Shown: piece by piece, positions 8,360-15,857 of the stretch
Position numbering within the stretch: position 1 is the stretch's first letter
Layout: the number at the start of each line of letters is the position of its first letter
Assembly: GCF_000016745.1 (NCBI RefSeq)
Contig: NC_009483.1
Span: 5,040,001 to 5,072,000 of the forward strand
Direction: 5' to 3'
DNA from: Geotalea uraniireducens Rf4
Lineage (GTDB): Bacteria > Desulfobacterota > Desulfuromonadia > Geobacterales > Geobacteraceae
DNA: 32,000 nt
Notes under the pieces: model-generated
What the model was told of the DNA's origin: nothing
Databases searched by the model: none
What the model saw: only the letters and a program-made list of their open reading frames with translations
Position numbers and translations under genes: made by a program

Positions 8360-10495
8360 TCAGGCCCGCAGGAACCAGGAGGCACCCTGCTTGGCGGAAA
8401 CAAAGTTCCAGCCCGGATTCACCAGATAGGTGGTCACCTCGGAGGCGATCACCGCCGGCCCGGCAACCTGGACACCCGGTTCAATCGCAGCCCGATCCCA
8501 GACGGGGGTATCAAGCGGACCATCGTGACCGACGAAGTAGCATTTGCGGGTACTCTTGGGTGCGGGTGGCGCCTTGCGCCTGGCCGGTGCAGCGGGTTTT
8601 ATATCTTCGAACTGGACCGTTTCATGGCGCACGTAAGCCGCCACCCGGATGGTATTGATCCGGATCCCCGCCTCGGGGGCCTGGCTCCCTTCACCGAAAC
8701 GTTTGCCGTAGTCCAGTGAGAACTGGGAAATCATCGCCATGACGTCGGCGGGGCCGTGCAACTCGTGCACCGGGATGACCGCGGTCGTCTGCACCAGCTG
8801 GTTGCCATAGCGCATGTCCAGTTCAAGGCTGTGAAGGATCTGCTCCCGCGGAATCCCCTGGCGGATCAGATCCTGGGTCCCGGCCTCCTTCAGCTCCTCG
8901 ACGATGCCGTTGAAGCGATCATAGTCATCGTAGATGTGGCGGCTGTTGGAGTCGTACAGCACCATGTAGAGGGACCGCTCATGGATGTGCAGCTGATGCA
9001 TGTTGCCGGCGCCGACGGCCGAGAATACCGAGCTGAAGGGGGGTGCCAGGATCTTGTTAATCCCCAGGTTCTGGGCGATGCCGCAGCAGTGCAGCGGGCC
9101 GTTGCCGCCGTAGGCGAGCATGGTGAAGTCCTTCGGGTCGTACCCCCTTGCCCGCATTTCGGTGAACAGGCCGTTGGCCATATTGTCGTCAACCTTCTGG
9201 CGAATCAGCATGGCCGCATCGATGGTCGAGCAATCCAGGTCGTCGCAGAGCGCGTCTTCAATGGCGGCGGCGGCCCGACGGGGATTCAGGGAGATCGAAC
9301 CACCCGCGTAGTTCTTGGGATCCAGATAGCCGAGCACCAGGTCCGCATCGGTCACCGTCGGCCGCATGCCACCCCGGTCGTAACAGGCCGGACCGGGATC
9401 TGAACCGGCACTCTCGGGGCCGCACTTGACCGTCTCGTACATCCGGTCGTAGGAGGCGATCGAGCCGCCACCTGCACCCAGCGTCACCAGGTGCACCATC
9501 GGCACGGAAACCAGCCAGCGATCGACAACCGGGTTGAAGTCATAGTGTTTGATGCCCCCCTCGACGACGATGCCGATGTCGTAACTGGTACCACCCATGT
9601 CGGTTGCCACCACATTCCCCAGTGCCGCCTGCATGGCCAGATGTTCGGAGGCGGCAATACCGGATACCGGGCCGGAGTGGATGGTCTGCAGGGCATCGGT
9701 GGAGTTCAGCTGCGCCATGCCGCCCGAGTTGTGGATTACCAGCATCGGCTTTTCATAGCGGTGGGCACGCAGGTTCTGCTCCAGGGCCGAGAGGGCGTGA
9801 TACATGGTCGAGTGGAGATAACCGTCGACAATGGCCGAGGTCGCACGCACATACTCCCCCTTCCGTCCCGCCACCTGGTGGGAGAGGATGACCGGTATGG
9901 CACCCAGCAGATGGGACGGATATTCCTCCAGCAGGATCTCCTCGATCCGCTCTTCATGCATGGGATTGACCACGCTGTTGACCAGGGCCACGACGATGAT
10001 CTCGGCCCCCTTGTCCACCAGGGAACGGATCTGGACGCGAACATCGTCTTCGTCCAGTCGCATCACCAGCCTCCCCTCGAAATCAAGACGCTCGCGCACG
10101 CCACGAATCATGTGGGGCAGGACCAGGGGGGCAGGCCGGGATGCATTGGGGAGATCCTGCTTGCCCAGGTCATCCAGCCCCTCGCCATAACCACGGGCGC
10201 GGCTAAGCGGGACCGTCGCCTCGAAACCCGCGGTCACAAGCATGCCGATCCGCGGCCCCTTGTGTTCGATCAATGCATTGGTACCCAGAGTTGTGGCATA
10301 CCGCACAGAATCCACTCCGGCCAGAATATCTTCCAACTCCAGTCCAAGGACGTTGTAGGCCTTGCTCAGCGCTTCGTTGAACCCGAGCGCCAGATTGTGG
10401 TGAGTGGTGAGAGCCTTTTCCTCAATGTACTTACCATCCCAAACCACGAAACAATCGGTGAAGGTGCCACCGATATCGACAGACACGCGCCTCAT
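8360..10495 (-). CDS. acxA: Acetone-carboxylase-type beta subunit (hydantoinase A/oxoprolinase family)
   Basis: 711 aa. ASKHA motifs are VDIGGTFTD at the N-terminus and ATDMGGTSYDIG. An AAGGAGG RBS lies upstream of the ATG at 10493-10495. Confidence 0.88.
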   Translation of the reverse strand: MRRVSVDIGGTFTDCFVVWDGKYIEEKALTTHHNLALGFNEALSKAYNVLGLELEDILAGVDSVRYATTLGTNALIEHKGPRIGMLVTAGFEATVPLSRARGYGEGLDDLGKQDLPNASRPAPLVLPHMIRGVRERLDFEGRLVMRLDEDDVRVQIRSLVDKGAEIIVVALVNSVVNPMHEERIEEILLEEYPSHLLGAIPVILSHQVAGRKGEYVRATSAIVDGYLHSTMYHALSALEQNLRAHRYEKPMLVIHNSGGMAQLNSTDALQTIHSGPVSGIAASEHLAMQAALGNVVATDMGGTSYDIGIVVEGGIKHYDFNPVVDRWLVSVPMVHLVTLGAGGGSIASYDRMYETVKCGPESAGSDPGPACYDRGGMRPTVTDADLVLGYLDPKNYAGGSISLNPRRAAAAIEDALCDDLDCSTIDAAMLIRQKVDDNMANGLFTEMRARGYDPKDFTMLAYGGNGPLHCCGIAQNLGINKILAPPFSSVFSAVGAGNMHQLHIHERSLYMVLYDSNSRHIYDDYDRFNGIVEELKEAGTQDLIRQGIPREQILHSLELDMRYGNQLVQTTAVIPVHELHGPADVMAMISQFSLDYGKRFGEGSQAPEAGIRINTIRVAAYVRHETVQFEDIKPAAPARRKAPPAPKSTRKCYFVGHDGPLDTPVWDRAAIEPGVQVAGPAVIASEVTTYLVNPGWNFVSAKQGASWFLRA

Positions 10496-10576
10496 ACTAC
10501 CTCCTTTATTCTTCGCTCCGCAGTTCCGGTTCTCTCCGGCTCTTGACCGGAGGGGAACGGCGGGATTTCTGGTTTA

Positions 10577-10975
10577 TTAATGGCCGTGTCCGGCGCCAAG
10601 GACTACTTCAGGGCCTCTCACCGGCTCAAGGACCTCTTCGCGAGTCGACCATTGGGCCTTCAGCGCCGCCAGATCCACCTCCATGTCGTAGAGGGGGGGA
10701 TGTCCGGGAATGGCGTATTCGGTTTCCACCTGGGTGCCGCACTTGGGGCAGTAATACTCGAGAATGCGTACCCACTCAGGATCCGGACTGAAGGTGAAGC
10801 GGTACTTATCCGGATCGATGATCGGCGGATGAATTTCCCTCGGGTCGCGGTTGTAAACCAGCAGCCCTTCCTTGTAGCTCTTTTTTGCGGAACCCACTTC
10901 ATGGTTACAGACGCGGCATTCCCAGGTCTCTTTGTCCAGGTCGATGCGGAGATATTCGGTCATCAGTACTTTCAT
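10577..10975 (-). CDS. acxC: Acetone/acetophenone-carboxylase gamma subunit (Cys4 zinc protein)
   Basis: 132 aa. It has CRVC ... YYCPKCGTQVETE, two CxxC pairs. The EYYCPxCG block is the hallmark of the acetone carboxylase gamma family. Confidence 0.88.
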   Translation of the reverse strand: MKVLMTEYLRIDLDKETWECRVCNHEVGSAKKSYKEGLLVYNRDPREIHPPIIDPDKYRFTFSPDPEWVRILEYYCPKCGTQVETEYAIPGHPPLYDMEVDLAALKAQWSTREEVLEPVRGPEVVLGAGHGH

Positions 10976-10979
10976 GTTT

Positions 10980-12911
10980 TCAACCTCTCTTGTTCAGTAG
11001 AATGTCGCCCGCGTCGCTGATGACAAAACTCCATCCGTCAAGGACCCGGCAGGTAAAGAAGTCTTCTTCGATAATGGCTGGACCAACGCCGTAGTCGCCT
11101 GTTTTCATCTCGTTAAGGTTGTACACGGGCACTTCAATGCGTCCCTTGCGTTTGGTCAGCAGGGTACGATTACTGTGCAATGACGCCTTGTTGCCCTTTT
11201 TGAAGCTGGCTTGTTTATCTTTTTCAGAGCGCAAAACCTTGACCGCTTTCAACTCGACTTCGACGTGCTCGGCCTTCTTGAACGGAGCCGGTACCGCCGC
11301 ATCCGTCAGGAAGTGGCTGATCTCCCTGCCGTCAACTGTCGCCACGAGGCGAGCGCGCAGTTCATAGCGCCCTTCGGCAAATCCTTCCGCATACATGTCG
11401 CGGGCGGCCTTCGTCTTCAGCGCGGCGATGGTCTCCTTCAGCCTGCTTTCATCGATGCCGTGGACCGTGGCGGCGTAATGCTGGGATATGTCGCACTCGC
11501 CGATACCGTAGGCACTGAAGACCGCGGCCATTTTCGGAACTGCGACAGTATCTATTCCTGCCTTCTCGGCGACGCCGCAGGCATTCAGGGGGCCGGCTCC
11601 GCCGAATGCAAGCAGGATGGTCTGGTCCGAGATGCTGGTGGTACGATGCAGCTCAACGGCAACCTTTTCCTCGTAGGCATACTGCATCTGCTGCAAGGCA
11701 TCCTCGAGATCCAGGCCAAGAGGTTTGGCAATATTCTGCTCGACCGCCGCCGCTGCGCGTTCGGCGTCCAGGGCCAGATCACCGCCAAAATAGGATGTTG
11801 GATCAAGGATGCCGCTCAGAAGACTGGCATCGGTGATGGTCGCTTCCTTGCCGCCGCGACCGAAGCAGGCCGGACCTGGAACGGCGCCGACGCTCTCGGG
11901 TCCGATCACGATGCGCCCTTCATGGGCACGGAAAATCGAGCTGCCGCCGACACCGGCGCTGATGATCTCGCAGAGGGGGAATGAAACGGTAATACCTTCC
12001 ACATTGCCACGCCGCTTCTCCGCCACCGTGTCGTTCAGAAACTGACCGATATCGGTGGTGGTGCCGCCGATGTCGATGGCAACCACATCGGAAAATCCGT
12101 ACAGCTTGGCGAAGGTCTTCATCCCCTCCATGCCGCCGCGCGGGCCGGAGCTGTAAGTTTTGATCGCGATAGATTTGGCCACCCGGGATGAGTCGCCATC
12201 GTTGCGGAAGATCTGAAGGGGATTCTTGGTGCGATAGCTGCGCAACCGGTTCTCGGCGTTATAGAGGAAGTTTTCCATTGCCGGATGGAGGAAGGAGTTG
12301 ATCAACGCCGTCCAGGTACGCCGCGCCAGATGGGTGTCGGCACTCAGATCGCTGCCGTACAGAATCGGCACGGCGCCGAGGAGGTGGCGGGGGTACTTGC
12401 GCAGGGCGACCTTCTTGAAAGCCGCCTCGGACTCGATGAAATCCTTTCCGCCGAAACTGACGACCAGCCTGTTCGCCCCGGCAGCGGTGAGCTCGTTGAT
12501 GGCCTTGACGATCAGGTTGTCACGGTCGTCACGCTGCATCAGATCGTCAGCCAGGATTGCCACCCGGTTCCCCACCAATGCAGCGTACAGTTCGGGATCA
12601 TGTTCGGCCAGACTGACCATGATGTCTTTTGTGGCACCATGAATAATCAGTCCGAGACGTGGCCCCTTCCGCTCACAGATCGCGTTCGTCCCCTGGGTCG
12701 TTGAATAGCGAATGAGATCGACCTCTTCCAGTAGACGAGCAACATTCGGCTCGCCGTAGATGACACCGGAGGCCTTCTGCAGCCCCTCAAAGAAGCACTT
12801 ACTGAGATCATAAGGAGTTGTTAGTACCTTGGTTTTGTTGACCAACCCGTCATTCAGAATGCAGATATCGGTGAGTGTCCCCCCGTTATCGATGTTGATT
12901 TGTAATCCCAT
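10980..12911 (-). CDS. Second hydantoinase-A-family paralogue (alpha-prime-like extra carboxylase subunit)
   Basis: 643 aa. Motifs are NIDNGGTLTD at the N-terminus and AIDIGGTTTDIG. An AGGAGG RBS lies 9 nt before the ATG at 12909-12911. The gene ends 4 nt before the gamma gene. Confidence 0.88.
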   Translation of the reverse strand: MGLQINIDNGGTLTDICILNDGLVNKTKVLTTPYDLSKCFFEGLQKASGVIYGEPNVARLLEEVDLIRYSTTQGTNAICERKGPRLGLIIHGATKDIMVSLAEHDPELYAALVGNRVAILADDLMQRDDRDNLIVKAINELTAAGANRLVVSFGGKDFIESEAAFKKVALRKYPRHLLGAVPILYGSDLSADTHLARRTWTALINSFLHPAMENFLYNAENRLRSYRTKNPLQIFRNDGDSSRVAKSIAIKTYSSGPRGGMEGMKTFAKLYGFSDVVAIDIGGTTTDIGQFLNDTVAEKRRGNVEGITVSFPLCEIISAGVGGSSIFRAHEGRIVIGPESVGAVPGPACFGRGGKEATITDASLLSGILDPTSYFGGDLALDAERAAAAVEQNIAKPLGLDLEDALQQMQYAYEEKVAVELHRTTSISDQTILLAFGGAGPLNACGVAEKAGIDTVAVPKMAAVFSAYGIGECDISQHYAATVHGIDESRLKETIAALKTKAARDMYAEGFAEGRYELRARLVATVDGREISHFLTDAAVPAPFKKAEHVEVELKAVKVLRSEKDKQASFKKGNKASLHSNRTLLTKRKGRIEVPVYNLNEMKTGDYGVGPAIIEEDFFTCRVLDGWSFVISDAGDILLNKRG

Positions 12912-13070
12912 GCTGCGTTACCTCCTACCTTCGGTTTGCGTTGCTGATGATTGCCTTTTAGCGCCTGTTTATTTATGCATTCTGTGGCAGTTGCAATTCA
13001 CCTCCCTCTGATGGATTTGGTTATGGCAGACCAAGCAATAATCAAAAACAATGTTTTATGATGCTCCCTA

Positions 13071-13088
13071 TTGCGATCTCCATGCCAA
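13071..13088 (-). promoter_or_regulatory. sigma54 (-24/-12) promoter for the carboxylase operon
   Basis: The reverse complement of 13071-13088 is TTGGCATGGAGATCGCAA. TGGCAT and TCGCA have the canonical GG-to-GC spacing (12 nt, first G to G). It lies about 150 nt upstream of the first carboxylase gene, and a sigma54 activator gene is divergent. Confidence 0.55.
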
Positions 13089-13198
13089 TCAATTTCATAT
13101 GTTACCGGTGAATGCATTCGTGATTAAGTATCTAATTTAGTTGTGTTTATTTTATTGGCATACCGTCGTGCATTTTATTCTATTGATACAACGTCGTT

Positions 13199-13241
13199 TT
13201 GTCTCGGATATGAGACTGAGACAGTCTCATATCCGAGACAA
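13199..13241. promoter_or_regulatory. 20-bp perfect palindrome, candidate upstream activator sequence
   Basis: ttgtctcggatatgagactg - aga - cagtctcatatccgagacaa. The centre is about 130 bp upstream (minus-strand sense) of the -24 element, and an AT-rich tract lies between them. Confidence 0.45.
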
Positions 13242-13510
13242 GCCAATGACTGGGCAGCAGATATATCGACCCCATGCAAGAGTGTTCTGGAATTTGCAGG
13301 TGAGCTTTTCAGGCATGCTAACTGACTGATTTCACACATCAAACTGATCTCTGAAGGATGATAGACACCGGATAAATATTTAAAACGAACTTCTCGTCCG
13401 GAAAGACAACGCCCCTCCCCGCCAAGGGATTAAGAGCGCAAGAAAGGCAACAAAGGCGAGAAAAACGAATCGATCGGGTGAAATCGTAAGAGTGGTTGGC
13501 GTGGCCACTG

Positions 13511-13540
13511 TTGCAATTGGTACGATGTTTGTTTTAGAAT
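13511..13540 (+). promoter_or_regulatory. Possible sigma70 promoter for the activator gene
   Basis: TTGCAA (13511-13516), an 18-nt spacer, then TAGAAT (13535-13540). It lies 135 nt upstream of the ATG at 13675. This is a pattern match only. Confidence 0.3.
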
Positions 13541-13674
13541 TTTCTATACCCTTGTATTTTTTGGAATCGATGTGCTACACTTAAATGAATAAATATAAAC
13601 ATTGTTTTAGCCGCTACAAAAAAACAGGCTGCGACTCAAAAGATCTAAACTGGAGCTTTAGAAGGAGGCATCCG

Positions 13675-15636
13675 ATGGCTCTTGTGAACCCATACGTCAC
13701 GTATCCTAAAGATCGACGCAACATCCATAAACTCCGGGATAGATTTGAAGTTGGACGGTTCGCCAATGAACAGCTGAATGTCTATGAAAAAAAGCTGATC
13801 ACAGACTGGTCTCGCTGCAAAACAATCGGTGTCGATCCGGGTATGCGTGATGGGATCGTTATTCCCGAAGATGAGTTCAGAATCGCCGTTGCCCATAGCA
13901 GTTTCATAATCGAGAAAGCAGAGCCGATTCTGCAAAAGGTTTCAAATCTGCTGGTGGGTGTCCCTGGCATTCTCATTCTTACCGATAATCAAGGTACCAT
14001 TCTGCACATCGTTGGTGATTCGTCCGTGCGTATGCGGGCAGCCGATGAATCTTCGCTTATTGAAGGATCTCGCTGGCTCGAGTCGTTGGCGGGAACGAAC
14101 GGCATCGGTACGGCTATCGCTCAAAAAGAGGCCGTCCATGTGTTTTCCAACGAACATTTTTGCGAAGGGTGGCACCAGTGGTCATGCGCAGCAACGCCGA
14201 TCCTTGACCCCTTCACGGAGGAGGTTCTCGGCGTCGTCGACTTTACCACCTTTGATAAGGACTACCGGGAAGACGCAGTAGGGCTGACCTATTCCCTTTC
14301 TGGCCATATCAAGGCAGAACTGAGACTCCAGCTGGAATTGGAAAGGATGCAACTGATCCATAGCTACTCGGACCACTCATCCCGGTATCCAGCTGATGGC
14401 ATCGTCGTTCTGGATCGAATGGGCCGTGTCGTCAGAAGTAGTCCGGGGATTGACCCGGACGAATGCGATCTGTTCCAGAGATGCAGGTGCGAAAAAGAAC
14501 AACCAAAAATGGTGCAACAGGTCTATTTGCCTGGTACAGAGCGGGAAATCGGTTCGCTCCTGGTGATCCATCGCAAGAAACCCGTTACCATTTCAGTACC
14601 GATAGAATCGGCACTGATACGTTGTGTTGCCACGTTTGGCGAGTTCGTCACGGCTAGCGAGAATCTCAAACTGATTATGGAACGGATCAGCAAAGTCATC
14701 CCTTCTGATATCAACGTGCTGCTCATCGGCGAGACTGGAACCGGCAAGGAGATTGTCGCCAACTACATTCATGCGCACAGCAAACGTCACGCAGGCCCTT
14801 TTGTAGCGGTCAACTGTGGAGCAATCAGCAAGGAACTCTTTGAAAGCAAGTTTTTCGGCTATGAGCGTGGCGCCTTTACCGGTGCCGACCCTCGGGGTAG
14901 GAAAGGGGTTTTTGAATGCGCCGACGGTGGGACCCTCTTCCTCGATGAGGTCGGAGAGATGCCATTGGAAATCCAGGCAGCTCTCTTGCGGGTACTGGAG
15001 ACGGGACGATTCAACCGCGTCGGCTCAGAAAAAGAAATTGCCACAAACTGCAGAATTGTCGCCGCAACAAACCGCTCCCTGTCCCATGAGATCACGCGGG
15101 GTACCTTCCGGGCTGACCTTTACTACAGGCTTGGTGTTGCCACGTTCGACATACCTCCCCTGAGAGAACGACCTGAAGACATCCCTGTTCTTATCCAACG
15201 CACCATGGTGTCATTATGCCGGAAGCACGACCTGCCCCCATCAAACATTTCCGAAGAGGCCATGGAACTCCTGACCGGATACAGCTGGCCGGGAAATGGG
15301 CGCGAGGTCAGAAATGTCATCGAATCGGCCATGATTTGCGGCGGTTCTTCCATTTCCGTCCAGGATCTGCCCATGAATATCAAATATTCACAGAAGCTGC
15401 CGCAAGAGGCGATCTCTGTGAGTGGTGCGCACCTGACTGCAGCACAGGGCAGGAGTCCCGACTCTACCGGCTACCGGATAAATGCCAATATCTCGCAACG
15501 CGAGGTGCACCTGATCATAACAACCCTGGAAAAGTACAAGGACATAGCCCTCGCCTGTGAGGCGCTCGGCGTTTCCAGAGCGACTTTTTACCGTAAGTGC
15601 AAAGCCCATGGGATTACGCCGAGTGACTATATTTAG
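13675..15636 (+). CDS. sigma54-dependent transcriptional activator, AcoR/AcxR type (GAF-like sensor + AAA+ + Fis HTH)
   Basis: The N-terminal sensor carries GTNGIGTAIAQKEAVHV...EHFCEGWHQWSCAATPILDP. The AAA+ core has GETGTGKE, ERGAFTGA (the sigma54-contact GAFTGA loop) and LFLDE, and there is a C-terminal HTH (GVSRATFYRK). I chose the start at 13675 (AGGAGG 6 nt upstream) over the track start at 13585. Confidence 0.92.
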   Translation: MALVNPYVTYPKDRRNIHKLRDRFEVGRFANEQLNVYEKKLITDWSRCKTIGVDPGMRDGIVIPEDEFRIAVAHSSFIIEKAEPILQKVSNLLVGVPGILILTDNQGTILHIVGDSSVRMRAADESSLIEGSRWLESLAGTNGIGTAIAQKEAVHVFSNEHFCEGWHQWSCAATPILDPFTEEVLGVVDFTTFDKDYREDAVGLTYSLSGHIKAELRLQLELERMQLIHSYSDHSSRYPADGIVVLDRMGRVVRSSPGIDPDECDLFQRCRCEKEQPKMVQQVYLPGTEREIGSLLVIHRKKPVTISVPIESALIRCVATFGEFVTASENLKLIMERISKVIPSDINVLLIGETGTGKEIVANYIHAHSKRHAGPFVAVNCGAISKELFESKFFGYERGAFTGADPRGRKGVFECADGGTLFLDEVGEMPLEIQAALLRVLETGRFNRVGSEKEIATNCRIVAATNRSLSHEITRGTFRADLYYRLGVATFDIPPLRERPEDIPVLIQRTMVSLCRKHDLPPSNISEEAMELLTGYSWPGNGREVRNVIESAMICGGSSISVQDLPMNIKYSQKLPQEAISVSGAHLTAAQGRSPDSTGYRINANISQREVHLIITTLEKYKDIALACEALGVSRATFYRKCKAHGITPSDYI

Positions 15637-15699
15637 TCAAAAGTCCAGGTTGCCCAGGTTCACCAACCGGGCATTACTTGATCTATTGAAAAAATTCCC

Positions 15700-15736
15700 A
15701 ATCCCACCGAAAAACTCGGTGGGATTTCTTATTTTT
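15700..15736 (+). terminator. Rho-independent terminator after the activator gene
   Basis: Stem aatcccaccg / cggtgggatt (10 bp, 7-nt loop) followed by tcttattttt. Confidence 0.7.
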
Positions 15737-15754
15737 GCTTGCAGAGGTCAGGTT

Positions 15755-15782
15755 TTGACAAGGCGTTTATGGGTGTTAGTAT
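15755..15782 (+). promoter_or_regulatory. Possible sigma70 promoter for the Cache histidine kinase
   Basis: TTGACA (15755-15760), a 16-nt spacer, then TAGTAT (15777-15782). It lies 75 nt before the ATG at 15858. This is a pattern match only. Confidence 0.35.
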
Positions 15783-15857
15783 TGCCAATAAGAAGCTCGC
15801 GCTGAACACAGAAAGCTGCCGGATATTTCCCCCTTTCCCGCGGGAAGGCCATAAGTC

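Noticed and set aside
12984-13000. TGGCAG directly followed by TTGCAA
   Set aside because: Both half-sites are present with no spacer, so this cannot be a -24/-12 promoter.
13155-13172. Plus-strand sigma54-like TTGGCATACCGTCGTGCA, facing the activator gene
   Set aside because: The GG-to-GC spacing is 13 nt rather than 12. sigma54 promoters do not tolerate a one-base spacing change, so it was not called.
13141-13329. Two overlapping 60-62-aa ORFs in the regulatory intergenic region
   Set aside because: They span the 20-bp palindrome and an AT-rich tract, with no RBS and no recognisable sequence. They are most likely non-coding regulatory DNA.
13585-13674. Upstream start (MNKYKHCF...) for the sigma54 activator
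   Set aside because: It has no Shine-Dalgarno sequence, whereas the ATG at 13675 is preceded by AGGAGG. The extra 30 residues are Lys/Arg/Cys-rich and unlike family N-termini.
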